DNA of 59,762 nucleotides, counting the filler, from Diploschistes diacapsis (Eukaryota), in assembly GCA_023645945.1 (NCBI GenBank). It is 5 parts of 5 records of this genome, joined end to end, with 100 filler letters (N's around TTAATTAATTAA, not from the genome) between each part and the next. Parts side by side here need not be neighbours in the genome. Positions count along the whole stretch, not along the records: positions 1 to 11,880 come from JALAIB010000790.1; positions 11,981 to 23,860 come from JALAIB010000791.1; 3 more parts are not named here. One strand, written 5' to 3'. Below the pieces are notes generated by a model, which saw nothing but the letters and a program-made list of their open reading frames with translations, was not told the DNA's origin and searched no databases. The translations under genes were made by a program, and so were the position numbers. This document shows positions 1 to 12,234 of the stretch, one piece after another. Position 1 is the first letter of the stretch; each line of letters begins with the position of its first letter.

Positions 1-239
1 GGTTTGAATGGAGAATGGAAACGGAATGTATGTGAGGAGGAGTGGACGGTAGGTGGTGGGAACGTGGGCTTTGATGGAGATGGAGTGGGGTGTTGGGGAG
101 GTAGAGGGTCGTTGGGGGAGAAATGGAGAGAGGGATTTCGATGTGGAGACGTGTTTTGCTTGCGCCGTGCGATCTGAGAGTGTCCTAAATTGGAAGCGGC
201 GTCAGATGGGCCTGTGAGCTGGTGCCGGGAGGACTCCAT
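1..239 (-). CDS. Possible Pro/Ser-rich hypothetical protein, runs off contig end
   Basis: ATG at 239 opens a stop-free frame (MESSRHQLTGPSDAASNLGHSQ...PPQHPTPSPSKPTFPPP...) to base 1; no recognisable domain. Confidence 0.2.
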   Translation of the reverse strand, partial: MESSRHQLTGPSDAASNLGHSQIARRKQNTSPHRNPSLHFSPNDPLPPQHPTPSPSKPTFPPPTVHSSSHTFRFHSPFK

Positions 240-889
240 AGCGTGACGATATGAACACACTCATTTTGCTTGTATTTCCTGCTCAAGAACTTTAGCCATG
301 AATACAACAGTTGAGATGGGCTGCTCAGATTGAACAACTGGAGAGAATAGGCTGCTGAGTTTCGAGAGCAGCATTTCCATAGGGGAGGAAGCTCCTCCTT
401 TGCTTGACAAAGGTTTCTTCATGCGGAATGTCCTGCTGTCGCTGCTAGGGTTCTTGAATGATTGATATGAGTGGGCTCGCGTGGCGCCGATTAGGTGATG
501 GACCCCCTTTCGTGCTAACATTCGGTATGACTTGACAAGTTGAGCGAATCCTACCGTGGCCTAGGCCTAGTGTTCAACCGTTACTGGATATGACGCTTTC
601 AGTGGCGCTATCAGCATGGTTCTGACCTTCGAGCACTGACCGCATAGAAGCTAGATGCGAACAATGAGGCCTTTGTACTCTACTAGTGCAAGTGCACCAA
701 GAATCTGACCTTCGAGTGTTGACAACATAGATGGGAACAATGAGACCTTTGTACAGTCTCAAAAACCAGTGTCCTAAAGAACGGATAAATATATAATTAG
801 CCCATTCCAAACCCCAAGGCTATCTGAATCCAAACCATATTTCGGAGGCTTGATTTACTCGAATCTGGCATAACCCTCGCCTATTTGTA

Positions 890-1621
890 ATGCCCTCCTC
901 ACATACTAGTAGCCGAAGAACGAACAACAGCAGGTCAACAGCCTCAACCCTCGAGCAAGCGCCTCCAGGACAACGGCAGGAGGCGGATCATCTAGATCTT
1001 GACGAGCTTCGGCGGCGAATGCAAGAGCTTTCTGCGAGCGACATGAGCAGCACACCTAGCACAAGGACGAGGGCTTTATCTGGGCAGGCTGGAACACGCA
1101 CCACATCTAGACAGACTGGAACACAGGCCGCTAGGTCGAGGAGCTCCGGGGAACCCGTCTTTATAGAAAATGCAGACACGGAAGACGAGGATAGCGAATC
1201 GGAGAGCCAAGATTTACCTCCCTATTATCGAGTTGAACAACAAGAGGAAGACGGTGACGATAACGGAGATACAAGGAGCTGTGTCCGAAGTAGGGCTGAA
1301 ACAAGTTATGCTCGAAGTAGGGCTGGAACTACCTATGCCCAAAGCAGGCCCGGAACTCAGTACAAAGATGGATATCAGGACGGCACATACAGTAGCAACC
1401 TGGGAGCATACTCTCCTCAGATCCACCGCATGAACGCCAACAACATGGCACCTCAGCCCCACCGTAGTTCCTCGCGGAGCAGCATCTTCCGCCCCTTGGT
1501 CACATTAGAACGTGGAAATCGCACCCCTTCAAAATCAACAACGCCCGGAACGAAAGCAGGCCGATTGGTACAGAAGAGGCCCAAGAAAGACAAAGGAGTA
1601 GTCATCATAGAAAGGAGATGA
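890..1621 (+). CDS. Hypothetical low-complexity Ser/Arg/Thr-rich protein, 243 aa, intronless
   Basis: 243-codon ATG ORF with acidic patch, internal 9-aa repeats and basic C-terminus; no known domain. Confidence 0.5.
   Translation: MPSSHTSSRRTNNSRSTASTLEQAPPGQRQEADHLDLDELRRRMQELSASDMSSTPSTRTRALSGQAGTRTTSRQTGTQAARSRSSGEPVFIENADTEDEDSESESQDLPPYYRVEQQEEDGDDNGDTRSCVRSRAETSYARSRAGTTYAQSRPGTQYKDGYQDGTYSSNLGAYSPQIHRMNANNMAPQPHRSSSRSSIFRPLVTLERGNRTPSKSTTPGTKAGRLVQKRPKKDKGVVIIERR
1286..1366 (+). repeat. Three degenerate 27-bp coding tandem repeats (RSRAETSYA / RSRAGTTYA / QSRPGTQYK)
   Basis: Units start at 1286, 1313 and 1340: cgaagtagggctgaaac..., cgaagtagggctggaac..., caaagcaggcccggaac... Confidence 0.8.
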
Positions 1622-2018
1622 TGAAAGATGGCTCAGCAGCACGCTTCCTAGCGACAGGGCCTTTAGGAGCAGCAGAACCCTCCATAAGGCGAACAAGGTA
1701 GAGGCGATTATGAGCGCCATGTCGTGGAACAGACAAATTGTCGGAAGTATGTAATAAATTGTGGGTCATTTTGTGGATGACGATGGTTAGTAGCCTGGGT
1801 AGTTGATGTGGGCCTTGTTTGCAAATGTATCATTATTCATGTTCCATCAGTGCATGTGCTCACTCCAGTCGACTATCCAAGGGATCTCAAGAGCCGTTTT
1901 GAGCTTATTGGGGGGGGAAGGGGGTTGAGCTAGGAAACTTTAGCTAAGATTCTCGAACAGATGATAGCCTTTATTCATCTGATATGACTTTTCTGGCGCG
2001 AAACAACACGTTCCTAAT

Positions 2019-3278
2019 TTAGTCTTGAGCAACCTTGATGACAATCTTCCCTACGACTGACTGGGTCATCAGCATTTCAAATGCTTTTTTCGCGTCCTTA
2101 AAGTCCCAGACTTTGCCAATCACAGGATGGATGTCATGCTCTTCAAAAAATCTTACTGTCTTCTCACACATCTCCTTGCTTATTCCCAATATTCCTTGTA
2201 CTGTTCACAGAGCGAGGAATCAGCGCATGGACCACAGTTAATATTATCGGATCCAGTGAAGAACGTACCCCTTTTTGCACCATACATAATGGCTGGTATG
2301 ACGCCTGCTTCATCACCGGCGCCTAGAATTCCACAAATCGCAACTGACCCGCCTGTGCGTGTGCTGGCGAGGCTCTGTAAGATGGTACTAGAGCCACCGA
2401 CGTCGACCACTAGATCAACGCCTTTCCCTTCCGTAATCCGAAGGACTTCCTTTGACCATTCTGGGTGCGTCTTGTAGTTGATGGTATGCTTAACGCCGTG
2501 GGATTGTACGAGATTGAGCTTTTCTTGCGAAGTACTTGTAGCGATGACGGTGCAGCCGATTGCCGCAGCAACCTATAGAGCTTCGTCAGACTTTCAATGG
2601 TCGCATCCGGGGAGTTTCATCCTCTTTGAATAACAGGAAGAATATGTGTATTCATGGCGGCGAGATACAGCGACCTACCTGAATCGCGGCTATGCTTACT
2701 CCGCCGGTGCCCTGAGTCAGAACAGTTTGACCTGGTGTGATTTTGGCAGGGCCGTAGAATATGGCATTTACAGCAGTGGCTGTTGCAGTTGGAAGGGTGG
2801 CAGCTTCCTCAAACGAAAGATTTCGAGGGCAAGGAATAAGCCGGTCGTCCTTCATCACTCTGTATTCGCGCAGTGTCCCTGGCACATTGCCACCACCGAG
2901 AACAGACTCGAGATGGAAATCTGCCACATCAACGCCTTTGATCCAGGAGCTGGGCTGGAGAAGTACACGCGACCCAGTTTTGAAAGCACTGCCCGCACCT
3001 ACGGCAACAACAGTGCCAGCACCGTCGCTACAAGGAGAAGTACCCGCCTCCAGAGGACAAGGATACAGAGGGGATTGTGAAACAGTATAGAGGTCCCGAC
3101 TGTTAAGGGCGACAGCGTGCAAGCGGATGAGAGCGTGCCCTGGCTGAAGCTCGGGTAGCGACAAGGTTGCCAATTCCAGATTGTCAAGGGCATCTGTCGA
3201 GAGGTGATGGGCCTGCTTCGGGTTTTCCTTGATTTGCCAAGCGGAAAAGGTGCTTGGTAGAGTTGTGACTGCTTCCAT
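2019..3278 (-). CDS. Zinc-type alcohol dehydrogenase-like / quinone oxidoreductase (MDR superfamily), 3 exons
   Basis: Motifs VALNSRD, PCSDGAG, EEAATLP, TVLTQGTGGVS, GKGVDLVVDVGG and C-terminal GKIVIKV; introns ~2573-2678 and ~2201-2268. Confidence 0.9.
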
Positions 3279-4013
3279 GGCCGGTAAGGAGTATATTATA
3301 GGGGACAAAGCTGGGCACAGCCAAAAGTAGCGTGACAGATATCCTACTGTTCTTCAGAGAATAGCAGAGTATGCCGCCGCCAGTCTTTATACCTCCTTCT
3401 CTTACATAGTATCAACATCCAAGAATACCAGTCCCCCCTCTTAGCGGCTTACAAATACAGGTTGAATTAATAATGCGGAAGAGCTGCCGATCTGGTCACC
3501 ATAAAAGACTTTAGTCTGCAGCTTCGTCGACCGCTGATCTGAGTAGATAGAGAGACATGACACGGCACATCTGCCAACACTGCTCGACACCGTGCAACAC
3601 AATGGACTAAGGATGAGGATTTACGGAGGTTGAAGCAGAAAGGATGTCCAGGTAGGAGTCTTAGGAGGCCAAAAAGTGCCCGAGTTGTAAATTTCATCTA
3701 TATTTGAAGCTAAATGACTAGCGGCTCGCTTCAGCCAATAGTATGCCGAGAAAAAAGACAAGTCTCTGCGTCATGACGACCGACACGCTTGTAGCAAAAA
3801 GAAAGAGAGGAAGAGGGAGAGAGAGAGAGATAGAAAAAGAAAGAGACTGAGACTCAAAACGCGCTGAGAACAACTTTGTACTTTACCTATATATCCTGCT
3901 TCACAGATGCATGCTGTATTTCGCTTGTGAAGCTGCACAGGTATCTACCTGATTTAGTTTGGCTTTACCTACTCTTTCTTCCAATATCCTTGTCTCCCTC
4001 CTTCCCTCCAGTC

Positions 4014-7000
4014 ATGGCTGACCAGGCTCTGCAAAGCAACAAGAGCTTGCAGAACCTGTTCGCCTCTTTACGACCCTCACCTAGTCGCAATCAGTCCTCG
4101 GATACTTCAGCCAACGATTCTTCCCTCTTCAACTCCACTCCGATGCGCCAGCAATCTGGGCTGTCTGCCCATCCAGCCATGTCCGATGCCTTGTCAAACC
4201 CTGGCCTGCCGTTACCCGCCCCCCCGCCAGGCTTGTCCAACCCTGCTCCAAGCACCCCAGTAAGGCAGTCTAGTGCTGATCTTATCAATTTGCTTCGTCA
4301 AACCACCTCCACCTCTGCCGGCAACAGCGCGCAGCCTCCGCATGTCCAACACGCTTCGTTGGGCGCGCGGGGAGCCTTTGTCGCACAGCAGCCTCCTTTC
4401 CTTACGCAGAACATCCACGGTCGAGGCATGTCCAGCTCCGACATCGTAGCAAACTTCATGGGAAAGCCTACGACCTCGCAGTCACCTGGAAACGTTACGC
4501 CTTCAACCATGCATGAGTCCCACAGCAGCAGTGCCCACTCCCAGCCACAAGAATATCTTCTGCAGCTATTGAACAAAGCTTCAAGCTCCCAATCGAGGCT
4601 CTCATCGATAAGGCAGTCTTCACAAGCCCCTACACCTACGGCAGAATCAGAGCAGCTTCCCCTCCGACCCGCCAGCGCTGCCAAAGGGGCGGCCTCATCC
4701 GAGAATCATCCAATATCTACCCATCCAGCTCGCCGTGACTCACCCATTCGCCAATTTGGAACGAGCGAAAGCAAAGAACCCACCCCATTCGAACCGGACT
4801 TGTCTCCACAAGTTGTACAGCCGTCGAGTGAGAAAAAGACAGACAGTGCTTTTACCTATACCAATCCATTCGAGCATTTGCTAGCTTCGTCACCGCTCCA
4901 GAAGCGCTCAGGGAATGCAACGCCCCGGAAAGAGACCCTCGACTTCTCGCATCCGACAACTCATACCCCCAAAAAGCAAGATTCACCATACGCGTCGCCT
5001 GCCCCGGTCATCCGCAGCGCTCCCCTTGGTCTGAGCGATAACGGGAGCGAAGTCCTTCAGAGTATCGAAACGCCGGATTCCAAGGTCACGAGCGGTGCCA
5101 GTACGAATGAGGAGAAACTGATGGGTATCGGTGCTCCTACTACAGATACTGAAACTGTAGCTCAAGCGCTCAACGATGTTGGCGACCAAGTGAACCGTCA
5201 AGTTGAGCATGCCCTGGCCCAGCAGGACAAGGGTGAAGAAGAAGAGGAAGATGAGAATGATTACGAAGATATAGAAGACGAGGTGGAGGAACAACTGCAC
5301 GAAGCAGCTGTCGAAGTGAAGGAAGAGCTTGACAAGAACGGTAACATGGAGACGCTGAAGGCACTCCTACCCGAGGACATGGCTAAAGAGGTGAAGGAGA
5401 TTATTGATGAAGCTGCTGATGGAAACATTGATGGTGATAGCAGCGCTGATGACGAGGAGAGCGTAGGAAAAGGGGAAGAGCATGTCGAAGTGCCCGTATA
5501 CAACTTTCCTATGAGGCCTTTCGTCGCCATCGATCTGCATCAAAAGGAGCCCGCACCACTCCAATTCTCGCAGAGCATCATCACTGACATTGCTCGTTTG
5601 AAGAAAGAGTTTGATCAGATAGACCGAACACTGGCCTCGGCTTCCAACGACTACATCGTCTACGCAATGCCTAAGCCTGGTGGATTCCGAGTCATTCGTC
5701 AGGATGATGGCTTGGACCGCCAGGTCTTCAAGGAAACCAAGGATCATGTATTCAACGTCGCCCTCGCTAACACCGGTCCGAGCAAAAAGCCTTCGCTAGC
5801 GGAAACGTGCATCGCGACTGCGGTGAGCGGAAAGGTGTACTGGGCTGCACTGAAGCTCGAAGGTAACGACAATCTACCGAAAGATGACTTTGAGAAACAC
5901 TGCCTCGTCTTCCCTCCTGTTCCCGCTCGCGATGACAACACGTCAGGAGGCCGGCTCAAGACTCGAGCCAAGAAGAGCAACCGTCATCCCGAGTTCTTTG
6001 CCATCGGTCGTGGCAAGTCGATCCAGATCATCTTCCCTATGCATGCTCAATCCTCCAAGTTTGTTGGACGCGATCATGTCGTTGACACCGTCGGATACTT
6101 CAAAGATCGTTCCCTTAAGATCAACATGGGCAAAGCCGGCAAAGACTTTACCTTCAGCGAAGATGACTCGGTCATCGTCACTCTTGACAAGGCTGGCAAG
6201 CTTCGATTCTGGGATATCGAGAATCTTGTCGACGAGTCCAATGCCATCGCCTCGGTGCTTGCTCCAATCGAGATCAAGTCTCCCGTTCTTACATTCCCCA
6301 CTGGTCTAGCCAACGAGAAGTCGTGGCCGACGTCCGTCATGTTTGTTGATAAGTTTAGGGCCTACGTTAAGGGACACGCTTCCCGCTTCGTAATTGTCGG
6401 CATGAAGCAGAACCATATCCTGCAGCTATGGGACCTTGGTCTTGGGAAGGCTGTTCAGGAAATCAGCTTTCCGCATGAAAAGGAGTCCGACGCCATCTGC
6501 AGTATCGCATACCACCCAACCACGAACATCGTTGTTGTTGCACACCCGACACGCAATTCCATCTATTTCATCCATCTGTCCGCCCCTAAATACAATCTAC
6601 CGCCGATGTCCCAGGCCAAGTACATCGAGCGTTTGGCCAAGAAAGACCCGTTGGTGCAAAAGCCAGAGTCCACAGCCATAATGAGCGCGATGAGAGAGTA
6701 CAGCTTCTCTTCCAAGGGTCAGATCAGGAGCGTTGACATTCTCTCTACCTCGAGCGGAAATGTTGTGGGCAAGAATGATCCAAGCTTGTTTGAGCTTTAT
6801 GTCATGCATTCGAAGGGCGTTACGTGTCTCAATGTTCGCAAAGGAGACTTGGGATGGGGTAATGATATGAGGGTCCTGACGTCGAGGAGCGCGGAGGGAG
6901 AGGGTATCATCATGGTTAGGGAGCTACGGGAGACACTAGTGCCTACGCCGAGCGAACCATCTTCTGTGAACGGTGGTGAGGCAATAGGTTCAGCTGCTGC

Positions 7001-8651
7001 GGGAAAGTGGAAGAAAAAGATCACTGATCCGCACATTTCAAGACACACCGCAGACACGGTTCTCAACAACCAATTAGATTTGGCAGCACCGGTGGAGAGT
7101 GCTATAAATGGAGCGGCCACACCGATTCCAGAAAAAGGACGTAAAAAGAAAAAGGGCACTCATTCTGCTAGCGAGCCGCCCCCTCCGCCCGCGCCTATAC
7201 CTCCTAGTGCCAACCCTGTTGTCAACTCAACCACCCTTACGACGACCCACGCACAACCATCTAAAGATACACCGAAAGGAGGTGAGGGCAAGCTAAAACG
7301 CGAAATGTCTGGCTCACAGCAGATATCCCTTGGCATCTCCCCTGAATTCATGGATCGAGAAATGGAAAAGATCCGCAAGGCGGTATCTGAGGAGTTCTCG
7401 GGGGTTCTCGCCCGTGAATTAGAGATCCTCCACCGAAATATCCACAATGACAGGGTCGCTCTCGACACTGCCGAGTCCACCAAGCAACAAGAAGTCTTGC
7501 GTCTCATTTCTGCTTCTTTGGGCGACAATGTCGAAAAGGCACTCACTCGCATCATCACCACGAACGTGAACCAGACGGTAATTCCGTCAATCCACAACGT
7601 GACTACCTCTACTCTCCGTAAGGAGATCCCTGACTGGCTGTCCAAGCATCTTCTACAGAGCCTCCCTGCTCAGATGAAGCTTGCTTTGCCTGAAGCTGTG
7701 AGCAAGGCTCTTAAGCCGGATGTCCTCAGCTTTCTGTCGGTACAGGTCGCCAAAAACGTTTCCAGTTATCTGGAGAAGCAACTTGCGGATAGCCTTCTCA
7801 ACGCTGTCCTTCCAACTGTCCAGAGCTTAATGCTCGATTCCCTAAGCAAGAAGATCCGCGAAGTTGAGACTCACGTCAATGGGCAGATTCGTGTAGCCAA
7901 TATTCGCCTCGAAGAAGAATTCAAGAAAGTCGATCAGCTTAGTAGACTCGTGCAAGCTTGCACTGAGACCATCCATACCATGGCGGCTTCGCAAGCTCAG
8001 TTTCAGACCGAGATTCTGAAAAACCAGCAACAGGCTAGGGGGCGCCATCAGTCAGTTTCCAGCGTCGAAACTCGCCAGGGACCTACTGCTTCAGCAATGC
8101 AGCAGCTTCCACCGCAGGAGCTTACCCCAGAGCAGCAGGAGTTGGAGAATATCAATGCGACCATGAGCGCGGGGAACTACGAGCAGGGAACCATCGCGGT
8201 AAGTTTTCTCGATCAGACATTGAAGATGTCTACTAATATTAACAGTGGCTCCAATCCAATCGTCAAGCAGCACTGTTTGACGAGTACTTTGTGCGTTTCA
8301 ACCCACAGTATCTCGAACATTGTTCGGCCCTTGTCGCCTTGTCCGCCTTTGCCGCGGTATCTCAGGATCTCACTATGAACCTCACCGAACGTCTTGACTG
8401 GTTCGAAGTTATCCTAGGCTTTATTGATACCAACGTAAGTTTACTATTATCTCAAGCCACGACGCCGCTGACAAGTATAGGACCATGATATCCGCCAGGT
8501 AGCTCCGGAAATCATGAACGTTTTCTGTGGACGTGTGGAAGGGCGCTACATGGAGCTGTCCGAGAGCAATCCCAATGACCCCAATCTCCGCCGGTTTCCA
8601 CCTTTGTCCCGCAAAGCTAGGGACATCATTCAAGCCAGCCGCCGCGGTTGA
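4014..8651 (+). CDS. EDC4/Pdc1-like mRNA-decapping scaffold (disordered N-terminus, WD40-like beta-propeller, helical C-terminus)
   Basis: VYNFPMRPF...IARLKKEFDQIDRTL...GFRVIRQDDG and WD-like repeats (KLRFWDI, LQLWDL); start MADQ at 4014; introns 8199-8245 and 8435-8480 give C-terminus ...IIQASRRG*. Confidence 0.75.
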
Positions 8652-9273
8652 GCTGTGTTGAGCAGGATGGCTCTACACAGTGCAGAACCCCGGACCAACT
8701 ACTTGATACTACACACACATCTCCTCCCCACACCTAGCTGCCTACTTCTATGCGGAAATCCGAGAGGGATTCTTTGAGCCAATTTCTGCTTGCATCTTGA
8801 GTGCCACAAATACCCCCTCCGTGCGTTGTATCTGCGCATGTTCGGGCGTGTTGGGCGTGACTGGGAAACTTTTTCTTCAGGGACTAGATATGGCATTTGG
8901 GTGGGCATGACGATTGGTTCGACGGGTTCTTCTGGATGATTTGCATATGGGATTGGCATAAGAGTTCGTAAATGTGGGAGACAACAATGGTTGATGGATG
9001 CTTATGGACCTGCATGCACGCGTTCCTTTCTCAAGCTGTATTATGGCTGGGACAAGTAATTATGTTACATATTTATCCGAAATGGAGAGGAAATGGAAAT
9101 GGAAACGAAAATGGGGCTCACTCTGATCGAAGACGCTCTTTGGAATTGTCAAGTAAACGTTTCTTGAATGCCGCTAAAATATGTACACATTGATCTCGCC
9201 ACCCTTTCAGTAAGCCAGCCCTCCACTTGGCCTGTCCACCCCTCTTCTCGGCCCACGCGTCTGCAAATTGATC

Positions 9274-10145
9274 TTAATGAGAATAAATCTGCTTCACCCG
9301 TAAATGCACCGGCGTCTCACCCTCTGGCGCACCGGGTATAGTCTTCACCATATTCTAGAGACAAGAGACGCCATCGTCAGTATTCAGCAACGGAACAGAA
9401 TCTAGGTGGCTAGCAAGTGAGACAAACCAGTCGATCGAATACGCAGGCGTTCAAATTCCGCTCCGGGCCCCGGCAGTTGTAGAGCTGCTGGTTGTGGTTC
9501 TCAAGGCACGCCCAGTGCTTCCGGAATTCTTCGAGGCAGTTTTTGTTCAGGTCGTCGATCCTATAACATGCAGCACCGATATAAGTCAGCATATTAGATA
9601 GCAGGCATTATCCGTATCCACTTCCACATCCGCATCTGCCTTGTTTCCCCAACCCTGAATCACACGGTTGCTCGTGAGTGAGTGAGCAACCACCATTCCC
9701 ATTAACTCCCTCCTCCTCCACATCCTCCCTTCCAAAAGCCCCCCCCCCCCGGGGAACCCCATGCCTCATCACCCGTCAATCAATTGCAAAAGAGAAGGGG
9801 GTAGCCCACACGCTCGCCGCACACCGCGTGACCTTCCGCCCCTCGCGCATGCACTCCAGCTCCCCCCTGCCAAACGCATCCGTCTTGCACTTCATGTAGT
9901 CGTCGTTAAAAGCGCGGCATCTCGCCCCGATAAAGTAGGCCGCCGACAGCAGAGGCGCGGAGCTGGCACCGATTTCTTTGACTTTTGGGATGTCGTCCGG
10001 TAGGGGCGTGGGGTCGATGAGTTTGTGGTGGTTGAATCTAGGATGGGGATGAGGGGTTAGTAGGGTGAGGAGAGGAGGAGGTTTGCACGATTGGAAGGGC
10101 TGGAGAGGGGAAAGGGATAGGGATATACTGGGCTGGTCGGGACAT
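9274..10145 (-). CDS. NDUFA8: NADH:ubiquinone oxidoreductase 20.8 kDa subunit (NDUFA8 family, CX9C motifs), 4 exons
   Basis: Spliced product MSRPAQ-FNHHKLIDPTPLPDDIPKVKEIGASSAPLLSAAYFIGARC...YMKCK...ECMREGRKVTRCA...NCLEEFRKHWACLENHNQQLYNCR...LNACVFDRL. Confidence 0.93.
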
Positions 10146-10393
10146 TGTGGTTTTGATTTGTAGCTCGGGGGTCGGAGGAGAGGGAGACTGGGTAGCGCAA
10201 GAAAGGGTAATTGGGTAGTGGACGAGGAAGGAGTCTGTGGTGGGTTTTGCCGGCGAGGTGAGGTTGAAGCTGCGGAAACAGGAACTTCTGATTGGCTGAC
10301 GGGTCGCGAAAATTCGGTGTTTATGCGGAGTTAGAAGGTGTGGCGCAGCGCAGGGGTGAGACTGTCATTTAGGGTTGTTATTCTACTCAGCCT

Positions 10394-11751
10394 ATGTCGG
10401 AGGAATTCTTTAAGGCCGGTATGGTTTTCAACTGGTACCATACCTTGCCATCGCGACGTATTAACCTACTTGATGATTACGCCGGCAACGAGTTTATTCT
10501 TAATTGAATTCGACTTACTACTTCTTCACTGCTTCTCCGAGCCTAATATTGACTTTGGTGGTAAGTAGATTCAATGGAACGGGTATGAAGCTAATGTCCC
10601 TTAGATGGATTCCAGCTCCTCTATGCCGTTTATGTATTTGAGAAGCTTCTTAGTAACCTTATCTTGCGCAAGTGTCGCTTCCAAATCATCTGCTTTGATC
10701 AAAACGAGTTGCTGTGCGTCCCTGCAGCAGCAGTGAATGATGACGTGCCAAAGTACCTCCTGGCCCCTGCAGTTATTATACGCCACATTTAAACTAAAGC
10801 ACCTGTTGACTTCTCCGGCATTGAATTCCATCACTTTTAGTCGCTTGATGATAATAGGTTCAGACAGTTTCTCTATGCCTCGGATGCTTACTTTGTTATG
10901 ATTCATGATGGCGCTGTGGCAGGATATCTTTAGTCTAAGATTCCTACCTTTTTGGAACTGAAGAGAGAGCTTGATAATATCCCCAACAGTTTTCGAAAAG
11001 TTGAAATGCATGTGGGCATGGACCTCGATGCGCCAACTCGCACGAACACGAGTAAATTTTGGCTCCGGGTTATGACCTTCTGGTTCCTTTCGAACGAGTA
11101 TGATGTTGCGCTTATCAACGAGATGCAGTTTTTGGATAGCAAGGTACGGTATTTCGAAATAATTATTCTACTGCTATTAATCTCTTTTAGATATTGACCA
11201 ATGTTTTCCAACATTCGGACTTCAAGAACCCACCCGAAATTACACTTCTACACTCCGATACTGCAAACTTGCATTATCCGTCATATACCCGTTTCCATGA
11301 TATAGATGGTCTCAACAAATTCTCTGAAGCTGATATACTCACGTTTCTATCCATCCAAAGCTCGTTATCAACTAGCCATATCTCTAAGGACGAGGTGGCC
11401 CTGTTTCTGCTCCATATTGCTGTATTATGGTTTCTTCTACTTAGGTACCGCTATTTGCCTACATTCAGCAGTACAGATGGCTATCAGCGCACCGTCTCTT
11501 TATTCACGCAGTTAGCGCTTTCCATTCTTTCAAGCTCGGTATTTATCAACCAGCTCAATAGCTTACCGGTCATATGCAACCTCGTTAATCTTATCGATGG
11601 CCTCCTATTCGCTAAAATCATGGCCGACCACGTGTTTCGCTTAATTCTTTTGTTTCAAGAAAATATTAAGAGAAAGTTTGACTCTTTATGTGCGGTATTT
11701 GGTGGCATCTGCCGTGTTTCGATCAGTATTAAGGTTGAGCTACAGTACTAG
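10394..11751 (+). pseudogene. Degenerate N-terminal part of a fungal DDX60-like DEAD/DEAH (Ski2-like) helicase
   Basis: DDYAGNE-(frameshift ~10493)-LFLIEFDLLLLHCFSEPNIDFG, intron, DGFQLLYAVYVFEKLL...KYLLAPAVIIRHI...YFVMIHDGA...VALINEMQFLDSK; in-frame stops at 10790, 10838, 10931; intact GT-AG introns 10561-10604 and 11144-11190. Family assignment from remembered motifs. Confidence 0.75.
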
Positions 11752-11880
11752 GCCAAAAGTAGTTAGGTCCACCATAAGCGGTAGTAAATAAACATTCAAC
11801 TCTTGCTATTATTCTTCTAATTATGCCACCACAACGCCGTTTGAAGCCCTTCGAGCGTTCGGAGCTCCTCGGCGCCCTCT

Positions 11881-11980
11881 NNNNNNNNNNNNNNNNNNNN
11901 NNNNNNNNNNNNNNNNNNNNNNNNTTAATTAATTAANNNNNNNNNNNNNNNNNNNNNNNNNNNNNNNNNNNNNNNNNNNN
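11881..11980. other. Artificial contig spacer N44-TTAATTAATTAA-N44
   Basis: 100 bp with a six-frame stop linker, identical at four sites. Confidence 0.99.
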
Positions 11981-12234
11981 CCCCAAAACGCCTCCATGTG
12001 CCCAGGAAGGCGCCGGTAACACCGTCCAATGCGCCCCCACCTACGTACCCCACGTTTTGATACAAGTCCATGCGTGTCTTCACCATTATTGTGCTCACAA
12101 CTTATTACCCTTTACTCGTAGTCTATCTGACAAAGAAAAATCGAAAATGTGGCAGAAATGTCTTCGGAAGAGCATAGCTGCGTGAGAGCGAAAGACCGAA
12201 AGCGCGAGAGGGGAGAGAGAGAAGGAGGAGGAAA

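Noticed and set aside
3876..8378. 1500-aa ORF taken as the literal protein
   Set aside because: It starts at a non-ATG codon and reads into an intron at 8199; the real model is 4014-8651 with two introns
10601..11214. Minus-strand ORFs as a transposase remnant
   Set aside because: They are antisense shadows; introns and protein motifs are on the plus strand
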